From Botryllus schlosseri (taxonomy: Eukaryota): DNA of 64,000 nucleotides. Numbering within the stretch: position 1 is the first letter of the stretch; the number at the start of each line of letters is the position of its first letter. A program made the translations under genes and the position numbers. A model generated the notes under the pieces. It saw nothing but the letters and a program-made list of their open reading frames with translations, was not told where the DNA came from and searched no databases. The stretch lies in NCBI GenBank assembly GCA_051294905.1, contig CM119373.1:62001-126000 (forward strand), read 5' to 3'. Positions 1 to 14,451 of the stretch are shown one piece after another.

Positions 1-842
1 AGTTTTCTTCTTCTCGGACCCGTTAAGGACCGCCACGGACGCCTGCGGGTCTCCTCACCTTTTATTGCAAATTTAGTTCAATTATAGTGAAATCGTTATC
101 TGTATTGTGCAAATACTAACTCTAGACTGGTAATAAACCACAGCTAAATGACTTTTCTTGAAAATAACATTTTACTGTCTATGTAGAAATTGGGTGGGAT
201 TTTATTATTTCAAAATAGATCCTACAACTGTATTTTCAGAATACATGGTTCTGTGTTGAAATCTCACGTTTCCTATTTGATATGAACGAGTGCTTGAAAT
301 CCATTTCCAAAATGAGAGATCAATGTGATAATAACCCGTAACGCTTTCGACGACACATTTGGGTATGATCGCAACAAATATGGCACCAAAATTGAGAAGC
401 AGATTTTTGCTGAACATATAATGTCCAGCCTGGTCATTTTTAAGTGGCAGTTAATTTTCAATTTACTATGGAATAGTGGTTATGTTTATCACAAGAAAAA
501 TGAATTTCTGCAAACATTTTGAAGTCATTGTGATTGACCTTACTATTCTACTTTTCAATTTAACAGAGTCCTCAACAAAGGATATTACAACAGCACTTAT
601 AGGTTTGTATCAGTAGGCTATTGGCAATTTAGCAATTAAAATGAGTCTGCACAGTACAATATTTCATCTCAGATGGCCACTTTTTTGATGTGAGCCCTGG
701 ACTTTTACTAGTAATGCCGAAGCGAAACTGGCTCGTGATTTCTCTAATTAAAAATACGAATTAGGTAAGCAATCATCTGTATCTTTAGAGGTTTTGCGGA
801 GCCCCTAAAAATGCTTCGCAAAACCGCCGTTGAGAACCACCG
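1..842. mobile_element. hAT-type MITE, left end cut by the window edge; same family as 14563-15319
   Basis: 1-~700 aligns by eye with 14580-15245; ends in the TIR-like sequence GTTGAGAACCACCG. Confidence 0.7.
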
Positions 843-1254
843 CTCCAAGGGGTCCAATTGATAAGACGTATAAATGCAGCGCTTTTATCATTTCTTGAAA
901 AATATTGTGTAAACGACTTGATGTAAACGTCTACAATATGTCACTTTTATGTGGTATTCACTGTCATAAATATCTTTTATTACAGTTTCTAAAATATATA
1001 AGTTGGGCGTCATTACAATGATATGGCAATTTTTTGACTTTAGCAATATTTTGTAATGACAATACCTTCAGTTATTGAATAACTATTAAGAAGGAAAGAT
1101 CAATTTTTGTCGTTGTACTGTCAATAGACTTGAACCCTCAGATGTGCATTTTTAGTTTGATTAGAACCGTCAGTTTAAGTCAATATTTGAGTGGATATAT
1201 AATTCCATTTTTTATTGTTGCGACCAAACAATATTTTTTGACTTGCTCTCTAGC

Positions 1255-2528
1255 CAGAGGTGGTCAAAGCAGTCAAGAATACTACTCAAGTGGCAGTAGA
1301 ATTAGCGATGAAAAAATATACTCAAGTACGAGTAGAAGTACTTCTTTCATAAGCAACCTAAAACTACTTGAAGTAGAAGTAGAATTGACTGACTTTAAAT
1401 CTACTCAAGTAAGTAGTTGTGAAAACGATCGTAATTCGTTCGCATGGACAATCAAAATTTCAAATGGAGATATGGGGAAGGTGTAGAGAGCTTGATTCAT
1501 ATTAATTCATCCCAGGAAGTGTCAATTTTTGACAGAATAAGCAGTCGTGAACATCGTGTGATTGACATGTAAATATGATACTAATCCTTTGTTAACTCGA
1601 ACACTCTGTTTTAGAGAATATCATGGCATGGCGCCCTCCCCCATATTATAAGGCCTCTAGTTCAGTCGAAGAGCACTACGGAGAGGTTGTATAGGATGCA
1701 GCTTCAACACTTTGCGCGATTAGTACACGTTAATTAAAAAAATGGAAGATCCTAAAAATGCCATATAGTGTATAGCTTCATTTTCGGAAAATATAAGGCA
1801 TTGCTGCACTTGCTTCTATACTTCAACATGTATGTTTTCCAGACAGAAGAACTGAAACTATAATTAGAACTTAACTTATAATACTCGTAATTGAAAGAAA
1901 AATACCAATACTAGTTCTAAAAAGCGGAAAATATATTTCATGTCTTTTGTTCAGTAATTTTCAACTGTGTTCTGCCAAAACAGGTCTAAGGGGGTCTAAC
2001 GTTAAAAAAGTCGAAGCGCACTATTCTAGATTAGGACACGTCATGGGCTGCTAGGTATAATAGATAATTGCTACATTGCGACACGATAGTTTCAAACGTG
2101 ATGGGGGTCATACAGACTATGATGAAATATTTGATATATGCGACAAATTGCGGTGTGAACAGATCCACGCAGCCCGGCATCTAAATTATCTTCAGCGATA
2201 CTTTCGTTAAAACATGCTTGACACTCCATATCTACTGTGCGCGAAGCGCAACGAAAATTCTTGGTATTACATTACTGTTATGAAAATAAAATGTTGGTAA
2301 TACGTGAAAACAGCCCCGAAATTCCTTAGGCTATAATTCTTATTAGGGGATTAAACTACTTCTACTTGACAAACTGAAAATAGCGAAAAGTAAGTAAGTA
2401 GTTCACAAAATATTACGAAGTAGAAGTAGAAATAGCGAAAAATATATACTTGAGTAGGTATCAGAAGTAGATGAAAATTACTTGAGTACTTCGAAAAAGT
2501 AGAAGTACTTAGTTACTGACCACCTCTG
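1255..2528. mobile_element. Non-autonomous hAT-type element with AGTAGAAGT subterminal repeats
   Basis: TIRs CAGAGGTGGTCA / TGACCACCTCTG; degenerate 8-bp TSD TCTCTAGC/TCTGCAGC; second copy starts at 37046. Confidence 0.85.
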
Positions 2529-3689
2529 TCTGCAGCTCATATTATAGTGAACAGGAATAATTTTTGAAATATTTGCGCATTCGAGTCTATGTCTCATTGG
2601 TACCCAGGTCACTTACATATGAACCCACCTGGTAGTGACCGATAAGTTTGAGCAACCCCCCCCCCCCCCACCCCCTCATCACCCGCCTTAACGCTTTAAC
2701 GCTGTAAGCTTAGCTCCCAACGAAATCAGAGTGATCGAAGGATAAGGTTGAGCGGAGGCACGAGATTGGGTGATGTCGACAGTTGTGTGTTGCTTTTATC
2801 GACCTTACTGGCGTAATATACTGATTTTCCGTAGTCGGTTGATTTTTAGATGCTTTCATTGGCACAGTAAGGCAGTGCAGCATATGTTAGGACTGGAGTG
2901 GCAACGTACGCCTGGCGCCTAAAGATGGTAAAGCTGACTCAGTACACGACTCCATAGTAGATGGTATGTAGCGGAAACAGCGTACAGCCGGAGAGGGTTC
3001 TGGGGGGCTAATCCCCCCAGAAGTTCGGTTTATCATCATATGGGGCCTAAGACCAACGTTTGGGGGGCTGACGAAGTGATGTTACGATCGTGCGTGTGCC
3101 TTTGGACCCACATGGTGGGGAACGATGATATGTTCGAGCAACAAATTTTAAACGTCCCTAAATATTTTTTGAAAAAACGGATATTCATGTAAATGTCCGG
3201 CACCACATCTCCCTACATTTTATTAGATATTCATCATAAATATTTAGGGTCGTTGCGAAATTAGGCGTCAGATATCCAACATCAGTGAGTGCTAAATGAT
3301 AATTCGATTCGTGTAAATGACATTTTGTGAGCACAACGATGAGATATCACTTACCACTCGTGTGTCGCTGTGTATCGGACTCTTCATCTGTGAGCACTGC
3401 TGTCAATCTATGCAAGCGTCCATCTTGCTGAAGGATCGCAAGGGTAGTATCTTCGTCAAGAGCTTTCTCAGATTCATGACTTCGAATGAAATCAACATCC
3501 TTCTTTGTATTTCCCCGTATGTCAGCTATTACGTCATAAATTGTTTGTTCGATTTTGTATGTTCCGTGGTATTTTGGTGAGCGATCAGAGTATCTAATGC
3601 AGACCATGACCTTTTCTCCTAAGATAAATTAAAAATATTGCGAATTGAATACTCAAGTAAGCAATTTCGTTTCTTTTATTTGACATTAC

Positions 3690-4452
3690 ACACATCTAAC
3701 CTACGGATATATTCGAAATATCAGGCTACACCGTTCCTCGACTCATCATTTAATTTCCAAAATATTCGATGTATGCTTAGATCTCTCAATAAGAGAAATT
3801 ATTATTGCTTTTATATGGATTCCAGGTCACGAAGGCGTCGGTTTTAATCACGTCGCAGACACCCTCGCAAAGGAGGCTGCCGGGGGCGTAGCAGGAGTCA
3901 ACGACGAAGAATGTTTGAAAATAACACTATCGGAATGCAAGACTATCATAAACGAGCAATCCGAAAGGTGGTGGACCTCCGACTTGAATGCGGCAGGGAC
4001 TGGTTTGCACTATCGACGGTTCACTGAAGACAAAGAAAGCACCAAAGAAATGAATAAGCTGGATAAACAATATAGTACAACGCCATTTAGACTCCAGACA
4101 GGCCATTGCAAAATCAACGGACACCTGTACCGTATTGGGTGCCATGATGATGGACTATGTGAAATTTGTTACTCGTAAGAATCGGTCGAACACTTCTTGA
4201 TCCAGTGCAGCAGATACGACGACCACCGAACTTCACTTAAAGGAGCCGCCGACTAATTAGGCATATGTTTTGTACTGGACAATTTATTATCTGACCCCAG
4301 AATGTTTATAAAAGTAGGGGAATTTGTAAATGGCACCGGACGAGTCTTCTGATTGCTTGACAATGTGGACTATATTATGGTCTCTTGAGTCATGGTGCGA
4401 AATGACTTCGTAGTCGGTGCACCAATTTTCCCTTATTCAACCAACCAACCAA
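3690..4452 (+). mobile_element. 3' fragment of a non-LTR retrotransposon (I/Nimb/Ingi-like): RNase H C-terminus, CCHC finger and 3' tail; disabled
   Basis: Frame from 3813 reads IWIPGHEGVGFNHVADTLAKEAA (RNase H), then RLQTGHCKINGHLYRIG..CEIC..*ESVEHFLIQC (CCHC), with stop at 4350-4352. This is followed by a 3' stem-loop (GGTGCGA..TGCACC) and a (CAAC)n tail at 4438-4452. In-frame stops are present. Confidence 0.85.
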
Positions 4453-4720
4453 GGGTGCAAATTTGGGAAAACGGATGAGAGTAATTTTAATAATTTCTGA
4501 TCGTAAACATATGCGGTAAATTAAAACGGAAAACGACATTAAATGAAAACTACGGTCTCGAATTCCCGTCTCATCACACATAAAGATAATTCCGCGACAA
4601 TTCGAAATACATAGAACCTTGGATTAAGCACGTAAAAGTAAAGGAAAATATTTCATTTTTTTAACTAAAATAGGGTGATATATCAAGTGAAGAAATCTCA
4701 AAAATTAATATAATTTAAGA

Positions 4721-5546
4721 CAGGGGTCGCCAACTCAAAACGGGTCGCGGGCCACTTTTCAAATTTCGTAGCGGCCGCGGGCCGCATGAATTCAATATCG
4801 ATATAAAGTAGGCAACCACGTTTCAAAACTCTATGTCAGTACAACGCTGTGCTACCTAACACAGTCGATGGGCATAGTGATCACAAAAAAAGTAACATTT
4901 TATTAAAGGAATAAGAATACAACAGAATATCACCGTCATCAATTTCATTTTATTTTGAACTCTGCGCTGTGCACGATACCTGGAAACGCTTTTTGGAGTT
5001 AGCGACATACGCTACTAGATGAAAGACCATCTCCACGTAAAGCTTGATCTTGTGAAGAAACCCTTAGCCAGTGGTTCTGAAACCTTTTTAGACATGTCCC
5101 GCTTTATGATACTACAAATTGTCGTCCCCCCTTATTGTCACATCACAAAACGCATCCATAGAGCTAGCAATCCGAACGGATAGTTTAATGACATGGATGG
5201 TTATGAATGTAGATGACAGAATTCCATAATATGAATTCGGGACTATACACAGAGCAATAACTATAACTATGAACTCGAGGTAAATCGCGCATAGCGCGAA
5301 AATTTTGTCATTTGACTGCAGCTCCGCGCCCCCACAAGGCGACACGCCCCACAGTTTCAGAACCACTGCCCTAAGCCGTTTTCTAAGCGTCTCGGTCTTG
5401 GCAGTATATCCGCCATTGCAGGTCAATTTCAGCGTTTGCAAAATGTTTTCTTAGCTTTCTTCGGAAATCTCAAATCAAGTCGCGGGCCGCAAAATATGAC
5501 CTCGTGGGCCGCATGCGGCCCGCGGGCCGCGTGTTGGTGACCCCTG
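4721..5546. mobile_element. hAT (Charlie-like) MITE
   Basis: TIRs CAGGGGTCGCCAAC / GTTGGTGACCCCTG; perfect 8-bp TSD ATTTAAGA (4713-4720, 5547-5554); GCGGGCCGC subterminal motifs. Confidence 0.92.
5069..5368. mobile_element. Small hAT MITE nested in 4721-5546
   Basis: TIRs CAGTGGTTCTGAAAC / GTTTCAGAACCACTG; TSD CCCTTAGC/CCCTAAGC. Relatives near 40570-40870, 45145-45460, 60607-60825 and 63455-63590. Confidence 0.88.
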
Positions 5547-6930
5547 ATTTAAGACATACTTTTAGGTATCATGTCATATTATTTCTTGCTTTAATCGTAA
5601 TGAAGCAAATGATTTACCGTTGATATTTAAGAAATTTTAATTCTGGATAAAAACATTATTGATAAGTACTGATATTTCAAAAAAATATTGACAGGGTGGA
5701 ACCAACTAAGATTGGTGACCCCTGCTATATAGTGACCGTCGATCTTCCGATTCCACTGAAGGCTATAATGAAGCAGACAAATTTACCAGTCATTCCATGG
5801 TTGAGTGGTTTTCACCTATTGAAATCTTATCTTGGACAAGTGATTCCCAACCGCGGCCCCCAGCTAGCCTTTCTGCGGCCCCCACGAAAGTATTGAGAAA
5901 TTGATTAATTAAAAAAAATATATTAATAAAATACTCTTGCTTGGCTTGGAGTCTGGAGTTTTCAATTAGGATTGCAGGAAAGTTGTGAGTAGACTGCCAA
6001 GATTACCTCACTGCTGTTTCAATGCAATGTGCCCTAACTTTCCAATTGTACGAGCAGTACCTATAAATATAGGTATATATAAAGGTATATTGACAGCACC
6101 GTAACTGCTGCACCCCAAGTCCCCCAATTGGGAGGATCGAGCTCGAAGGGGGCCCAAAATTATCTAGTGAATTAGCATGAATTATAGAGTATTTTAGGAA
6201 ATTTTATACATCTTTTTCAAAAAATTTTCGCATTGCACGCGATTTCAAGTTTCCAGGTAACTTCATTATTGGATACTCTTCCACCAAGATAAAATACGCA
6301 AGAATTATGGAAGTGGGCATATCGGCGTTGGCCATTACCGCGTCACGACGCACGAATACATATAAATGTTTACGCCATATAGCATGCGACTCTAAGAAGT
6401 GTGCCAGAACGATCGATAGCGAGATAACCTTGGCCGAAAAGGACTTCCGTTACGCTGACCGGGAGCTTCGTTAAGTATATACAAAACACTATAGGTAGGC
6501 TATAGTTGACCATAGGCGCCTAAATGACTGGCGCCGAATATTTCTGTCCTGGCAATCTGAACCTCACGAGACAAATAGGCTACCATCACGCAGGGAAGAA
6601 TTATATGCCAGTGAAGAACTACCAATTTGAAATCGTGTGCATCTTTTACCAAATACCAAATACCAAATATATAGCAAAATATGGTAATTATTCCCCACTC
6701 TGCAGGCACGCTACTTTTAAAAGCAGGCAAGCTAGTTTTTTTCGAGATGTCGTAAAACAAATAGACAGTGACGACAAAATATGCGGTTTAATTGATGCCT
6801 ACTCATAGCTGCGTTCTCCTTCGCATCGCAATGATGCTGGTAAAATCGTGATTAAATATGCACTTGGGTTTGTAAGCTGTATTCAGATCTCTCCATGCCA
6901 AGTATAAGCAAGCACAATGCCATGCTGTAA

Positions 6931-8152
6931 TAGGGTGAAAATTGAAAATTTTTAATTCAGAAACGGACACTTGATAGCCTATGTGATGCCAGATATATAA
7001 AAAAAATCTATAATAATTTTAGGCTCGTGCACCCTCTAGGGGCCGTGCAATTTCACCGAACGAGCCAAAATTGGCCAATTTAGCTATATATTGATAACCG
7101 TTACACTAGAAAGGTGGTTTTACGCTAAAAAGATATAGATGCCACAACTTTCCGTCTAGGTTCAAAATGAACAGAAAATAGTTATAGGCAAATTATTGAT
7201 TTTATACCGTTTTTAGGTCAAATTGTGCACTGAAGCAGTGGGAAGCATGCCAAAAGCGTGTAGTGAATAATCTTATAAGACGAGAACTTCATATTGAAAG
7301 CACATAAATTGCAAATACATATTTGCAAACACCAAAACATCATTTCTTTATTGATTCAAGAAATATTACGAAGACGGTTTCACTACCAGAGTATTAGTCT
7401 GCACAAACTTTAAAATTTTGTTTTGTAATGAAGGATTTCATCTGCTGTTAAGACTTTAATTTTTGTCTGATGAGATTGTCTCTATATTTACATCCCGGCG
7501 CATGTGCAGCTGCTTACATCACCACTTTCATGTGTCTTTCCACTGCCTGGTTGTGGCAAGGACGATTGAGCGTGGTGATGACCTTATATTTTCCAGCTCC
7601 AGATCTGACAAGTTTTTGATTGCTGGTGGCTGTTCCATATTTTCTAGATTCAAGTTGACAATTTGGTGGAATGGTTTGGCCTTGATGTTTGTAATTGGTG
7701 GTTTGAACAATATGATGCTGGTGTCAATGTAGTTTTTAGGTCTCGGTTCATTAACATATCCACCTTCGAAATTGCCAATTGGAATCTGATGTTCCGTGTT
7801 CGATCTGCGCATAGTTATATAGCGCATAATGAGACCTTCACCCTCATCACCAAGCATTCCCAGCAAAACATTTTCCGGATGTGCGAAATATGCACTTCGT
7901 TGTAGTACAGATATTGCAAGGCTACGAATTCGTGAATCAGAAGCTTTGTGACATGGGTAACTACGTTGTGGAAATTTTAAGCACCACTAACAATGGAATT
8001 GTGCATTTTTATTTCAAACCATGACAAAAAATAATCCTCAATGCCGAATTGACCATGATATAGTTCAGATTGCTTGATGGATGACGATTTCCCACATACA
8101 ACCTATAAATTCGACATGTAAGAGTCAACCATCTTGAATGAACGATCGGCCT
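6931..8152 (-). mobile_element. Decayed DNA transposon (hATm-like): transposase C-terminal half plus terminus
   Basis: Minus-strand motifs PIVHSRWLTLTCRI (~8110-8150), SWFEIK, LGMLGD, QPPAIKNLSD and PCHNQAVERH (~7530-7561); TAGGGTG terminus at 6931; stops and frameshifts present. Confidence 0.7.
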
Positions 8153-8159
8153 AACCTCT

Positions 8160-8545
8160 GAATATTTCTACATCACAGTTTTTCGTATCACAAAGCTTCC
8201 TAGTACACGAATTTCTAAACCTGCCCAATCTGTGCTACAACAAAATCAGAAATGCATATTTTGCACATCTGGAAAATGTTTTGCTGGGAATGCTAGGTGA
8301 TGATGACGAAGGCCTCCGAAGACTTGCAGTTAACAAGATTACAACTACGCGCAGATCAAACATGGAATACCAGATTTCAATTGATGACTTTGAAGAGGAT
8401 TTGTTAATGAACCTAAAACTATAAAACAACATTGACAAATTACAAATTATTACCATCATGCCCAAATCATTCCACCCAATTGTCAACTTGAATCTAAAGG
8501 GTATAGAACCGCCGCCAGCAATCAAAAACTGGTCAGATCTCAGAA
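8160..8545 (+). mobile_element. Second hATm-like transposase fragment in inverted orientation
   Basis: Plus strand reads NAYFAHLENVLLGMLGDDDEGLRRLAVNKI...EPPPAIKNWSDL, a diverged inverted copy of ~7595-7975. Confidence 0.75.
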
Positions 8546-10227
8546 CGTCATGTTCCCGTTCTGTGTGTGAATCTCAGAAATATAGAGATAGGTTCTGCAC
8601 CGTGAACCTTTTTCATTTATTTCAATTTTCACTTCATATTGAAAACTTTGGTTGAAATATATTGCATTTCAACTGCGAGCCGCTCTATGCATGGCGCTTG
8701 GCAGCATAAAAAATGAACATTAAACGAGCATGCACCTTGACAATCTCAAAAAATTTACTTGCTTTGTTACAAAAGTTTGCTCGAAATATCCGGCTTTCCG
8801 TTTGTGAATATTAAGGACTCTTTGCTGTGAGCTTGACCCGCAATTACACAAAATCAAGAGTAATATGTTTCCTCTAAGCTGCGCACGTGCGCAAATGAGC
8901 AGTGCTGAAACGGTCTCTGCGCACAGAAAATCTAAGCTGCGCATAAAAATCCGAAGTGATGACTTTTTATTTTAGTCGTTGCGCACTGTACTCCATGGGA
9001 CCGCGGAAGCGCGCAGACTTGTGAAAAATTAGAGGGAAAATTGCCAGGGGCAAATAGTGTTATCGCTGAAGTCTGAAACCGAGGTAGGCCTACAAGTGCT
9101 GCCCATAAAGGTAAATATTACGCTCCGTGAAGTTAATTTGCGAAAAACCAACATATAGTCTTCTCCACGTGGCATGAACATTGCGTAAAAATTTACAGTA
9201 CGATTACATTCCGTGAATTTTCAAAGTCATCACTTCCATCAGGCAAATCTGATCACGTATGGTGAGATAGGAAAATATGCAGAATATGCAAGAACAAGCA
9301 CCAATATTGCTGAAAAAATCTATCCACCTCCTTGCAAACTTTGATCGGGAAATGCTGCAACTTTGCACTGTAAGGCGTTGAATTACATCAGCTTCTCAGC
9401 AGCACAAATTTTGATTATATTCGATTCGTTTGAACGGGAATCTTCTGTCGATAAGGTCATACGCTGATATTGTTCTTGCTTCAGTCAGACATGAATATTC
9501 GTATCATTATATCTGACTTTATGTCGTGATTGTAATGAGTGCAATGCCTGTATTAAGACGTCACATGAGTGTTTTAACGCGGCAGGCCTACATCGATCGC
9601 ATGTATTAATTTGAAGTGGGTTCTTGTGTGTGTACATTGTACGTACGTCTAGTAGTGATCAATGTCACCATGTACATGTATTTATTGTCACGTCACAGAG
9701 GTTCGCTTGGTGTTGTTGTGAATCATATATCCTATTTAAGGAGGATCTTTTTCAATAAATTGAAAGTGTATTCGAAGAACTTATAAATATTCTTTTAATT
9801 GGAAATTTGTCCTCTTTTTTAAAAAAAAAATTAAATGTGATCAAAAATTGAAGATAAATGCATGACAGGCAGATGTGACTTGGAAGTGGTCAAACTTTGT
9901 CCGAAGGCTGATAAATAAGAACAAATGACCATGCGCAATGCACATTGTGCATTGTCCACTATAACAATCCTGGCATTGCCGATGAATAGAGTAGACAAAT
10001 GTTCAAATCATAATTGAGTGGCTATGTCTGGATATCATTCTCTTGATTCGCTTTAAATAAACTCAGATAAAAGAATTCGTGCTGCAAATCATGAGCACAT
10101 TGTCTTGAAATTAAGTAACACATCAAAAATACTTCCCAGGATTTGCTGTAAACGAAGGCGAGTAATCAATCCACAAATCAAGCAATACTTTTACAGAAGA
10201 AGAACAAGAACAACAACACATTCATTC

Positions 10228-10639
10228 TAGTGCGGAACATGGACCGGAGCCGGATTGTATATTCGGTCGGATTTTTTTAAATTTTGACTGGAGGCGGATC
10301 TCTGCCGGATCAGTACTTTTTCTGGTACGGCCGGAGCCAGATCAGTACTTTTTGCTACGGCCGGAGTTGGATCAGTACTTTTTTGATACGGCCAGATAAG
10401 CATGACTTTTGTAACTAAATAACTAGCAACCAACCAACCAACCACACGCAAGTAACCGCCAAGCCAGTGCGAAAATAATCAAGCAATATTTATAAATTCA
10501 CGGAACCACCGTACCGTGTATAGCCAGATTTCGGGCCGGACTTTTTCATTTTTGGCCGGAGCCGGATCGGAGCCGGACCAGAGAATTGAAAAACCGGATC
10601 GGAGTAGGATTCGAGAATTTGTCGATCCGCTCCACACTA
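10228..10639. mobile_element. MITE with CCGGA-rich subterminal and ~30-bp internal tandem repeats
   Basis: Imperfect TIRs TAGTGCGGA / TCCACACTA; GATCAGTACTTTTT unit repeated three times; no TSD seen. Confidence 0.65.
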
Positions 10640-11073
10640 CCGGATATATATCAATATAGAACGTTTTGGCCAACCAGCGACTGTCAATTTTTGCCTATGT
10701 TTTTGAGGCCACACTTTCCCAACCGCATGTGTCCCGAGGCGGAAGGGATTGAACTCGAAATTCCATTGCATCACGTGCCAGTAACCGCCCGTCACACACC
10801 CCACATTAAAGAATCCTAACTGTCTCCGACGGTGTTTTCCAGGAAAATCAGTCTTGGACAAATCTCGTTATGATTTTTAAACCAATTAGTACAAAACCGA
10901 GGTCGGCAAATTTTCATGATCAACCTATATTGTAGTAATACCTTCTCTACGTTTGTCGCTGATTGGCGGTGTCCAGGACAGTGATATCGGATATTTTAAA
11001 ACTACCAACATGAAATCGCACTAAGTCAGAAAAAAAAATTGTGTTCCAATCAATGCAACAAATGTCACATATA

Positions 11074-11501
11074 TAGGGTTGCATTTAAAACAAAAATCAA
11101 TTCAAAATAAACATGTTTAAAACAAGGCCCTAATTTAAAACATGTTTTTTATATTTTTCAAGTCATGACGTCACGAATATCCAATTGTGACGTCAAACTG
11201 GATTGACATTGCAAATATATGGTAAATATAGCTCATCTAAGAAAATCTCTGTACTATTACTTCTGAACCGACTATTTTGAGAGTTCCCACCATGCCATAT
11301 CAATAGACGTCGGCTATATCGGGTGGTAATTGTCCTTACGCTCATACAATATGTTTATGGAAAGTATCTACAAAATTATGGCATAATTTAACAACTTAAT
11401 AAAATCGCAATTTTTTTTCAAGAGGCGTTTGTTTAAAACACTGTTCAAAACATGTTTTAAACAAAGTGTTTTAAACACTGTCTGTTTTAAATGCAATCCT
11501 A
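11074..11501. mobile_element. hAT-type MITE
   Basis: TIRs TAGGGTTGCATTTAAAACA / TGTTTTAAATGCAATCCTA; perfect 8-bp TSD CACATATA. Confidence 0.92.
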
Positions 11502-13084
11502 CACATATAAATACACATAGCGTATCTACCATGGGCGAACCATGTTTGGATCGCGACCCATACCTCAAATCCTCAAGTGGGATACTCCTCCATGAACAGG
11601 GGAAAATTTGCATTGCATAAAATTGTTGCAAATGTCATTCGAAATGTTATTACGAAATTGTGATGATTGTTGAAAGAACGAAAGTTGAAATTCAAGTTGA
11701 CGGCAATTTCCCCGCGTGTCGCAGGCTCGGATGTGCTGATCCACAGTATGCCTGCCATTACAGCCGCTTTCGAACCAGACTTTTGATCCCGTATTAATTA
11801 CGGTACGCCAACATTAATTTGCTATAGTGACTGCGAGGCGAGTTATTGTAAAACCTACGATTAGTGGTGCTTCGTAATTAAAAAAAGTTTTAACAATTGC
11901 GTCGAGTCGACAAAAGTCAGGGAGCCACAGCACTTCAATATCCCATTAGATTTATCTGAATTATTCCACCTCGGAAAAAGTAACAATTCTTTGCGATCTT
12001 CATCCGCACCAAGTTTGTCATCAGGATGGCAATTCTTTCATCCACACAAGTGCGTACCATCCCATACGTTGAAAAGCACTGCTCTAATTTGGCTATCTAC
12101 CGAAAGTTCAAAATTTATAATCATTCGAAATAGTGACGACGTAGGTCAAAAAAATCTATTCTCGATATACCATCGGACTATCGGACCAAAGGTGGATCAT
12201 AAGCTTCAAGAAAAACACCCTAAGAACCATAAAACAAGCAATTCCTGTGGTGTGGTTATTCATCCATGCATTTGGCCCTCGTCTGCAGAAAATATCTTCA
12301 CGGTCGTTTGAAGCATCCTTGAGCGACTTAGACATAAGTAAAATACGTTAACATGGGACTCCTATACAGAGATTAAATAAAAATATTATATATCATTGGT
12401 ATATTCAGAGATCAAGAAGTGTCGCCAGAAAGCTAGCTTTGAGCCGCAATTGGGGATCACCGATATTGACAGTACCTGAGACAGGTAAGAACTGGAATTC
12501 CTAAGCAATACTGCACTTTGGATGTTGGACTCGAAATCTTTAGTTTTGTTTTTTAATCCAAGTATATTTGTGAAAATCCACGTGTCATATCTGTTAGTCG
12601 CCATTCATTCGACTGCATGAAATTGTCGTTCTATGTAAAGCTCTATTGTGGACAATTAGATTACAAAAGCAGAATATAATATATAACTAACATTTAAGCT
12701 GTGCATTTGGATGTCCAGAGGTATTAAAATTACATTTTTCAAGAAGTTATCTTGTGTCTCTGACCAAGCTCGAATTTTATCTCGGGCATCCGCAATCTCT
12801 TTTTAGACAATGCACCGAAGCGGGCGTGTGGCTTTTTGAGGTGCGAAACCTTTAGAACAGGTTGCCTGGATGTGCAAATCAGACAATGTTCATATCAACG
12901 GCAAATTCAAATGTTGGCAATGTCATAACCAAATGTTGGTAATCGACTCATTGATTCTTTTTGGAATGGAACATCATGGAATTAACACAGGTGGGGGCAA
13001 ACTACGACGCGCAACACCATTTGTGCGACCCGCGAAAGCCACAGGAGACGTTATGAAAAGCTCACCCTTAACTCATCCGCTTAA

Positions 13085-13470
13085 ACTTGATGCTGACCGA
13101 TCAAAGGCCAATAATTCAGCCATCGGCAAACATCTGTTAGATGACCCGATTTGAGCGATTAACTATCGAGACGACAGATTTCGCGTCGTTGGGAGGGGTC
13201 GTTCACACTTCTGTTCGTGTGCCTTGGAGTCGACTTTTATCAAAATACACCAACCCAAACTATTTCAACAAAACGAGTTTGTATACTACCTTAACATAGT
13301 CCATTGAACGCTCTCTCATTCGAAATTTCATGCTGGTGACGTCATATTTTGTGATACGATTGTTAATATACAATGTTCTTTCCAATTCTCTACTAGTTGG
13401 TGACGATTACCCCTAACGCGTGCCAGCTGAAAATATTAGGGTTCATTTCAATTTTAATATACTATTCAAT
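13085..13470 (+). mobile_element. Penelope-like element 3' fragment (GIY-YIG endonuclease C-terminus and 3' UTR)
   Basis: Reads SAIGKHLLDDPI*AINYRDDRFRVVGRGRSHFCSCALESTFIKIHQPKLFQQNEFVYYL, which matches the PLE GIY-YIG tail pattern; paralog at 38146-38390. Confidence 0.8.
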
Positions 13471-14109
13471 TGTAAAAATATTGTTACAATGTGTACTTAT
13501 AATCAAATTACTGTTGGTACCTGATTAAACTTTTTCTTAATATATTTCAACGTGATAATGATAAGTTATATTCTTATCATAGTATCTTTTATTTGATTGA
13601 TGGAGCGAAATCCCAACCTCGAGGCCCATGCATTTTGAACGGTATCAATTGCTGAACTTCAAAGATAGTGAAACGTAAATTACTTCATTCGGACGAATGT
13701 GGTTTTAGATCGAAACACGAGGGAGTTCATTACTAATAGAGCTATACTTGAAAAAAAAACGGTCTGCGAGTCTTTTAGATGGATTCATTCTTTCTATGTA
13801 TAGAAGTATTTATATTTATAATATTTATATATCGTAGAAGAATATTCAAAGTTAACATGTTATGATGCTGTCAGCATTCTGTGTCCTGGAGTTATACCAA
13901 AAGTACAATCAGCAAATTATGAATAAATCGCTGCTAACAGACTCAAATTTACTTACAGTTCTATTAATTGGGAAAACAGACCTTCATCCATAATTTTGAC
14001 AATGAGGGCAACCCGCTAATAAATTCTCGTCAACGTGTCTGTGTGTACATGATCATCAAATCTTTGTTTAGTTCGTTAAAAATATACAAATACATATATA
14101 TATATTATT

Positions 14110-14451
14110 TACATGTCGTTGGTCGATATATTAGGAGGACACTTTTTCAAAATTCCCAAAGTCAAAATACCGGTGGAAACTCCAGAAAAATTGGTCAATA
14201 TCTACGAATTCGTAGTCGGTTGACTACAATAAAAGGTCAACCTTCGCTCAGCTCCCGAAATACCCGCCGCAGCGTCACTTCGGTGCTGGTTTACGGCATC
14301 TCAGTCAAATTTTGTTATAAATTTGACAAAAATTCCTAAAAAAGAGGACAAAATCTCTAAAAGGAGGACATTTAGGCGTCCTCGAAGGACATTTTCAAAA
14401 ACTCGAAAAAGGAGGACAAATCCTCCTAACTGAGGACGTATGGTAACCCTG
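14110..14451. mobile_element. MITE with AGGACA subterminal repeats
   Basis: Ends GAGGACGTATGGTAACCCTG; inverted relative at ~51990-52290. Confidence 0.65.

Noticed and set aside
2656..2675. Poly-C run as a G-quadruplex regulatory site
   Set aside because: Homopolymer of uncertain length with no supporting context.
12150..12330. Minus-strand NAWMN...VL..F...W peptide resembling a pogo/Tigger DDE segment
   Set aside because: Single short motif with no TIRs or further domains; insufficient support.
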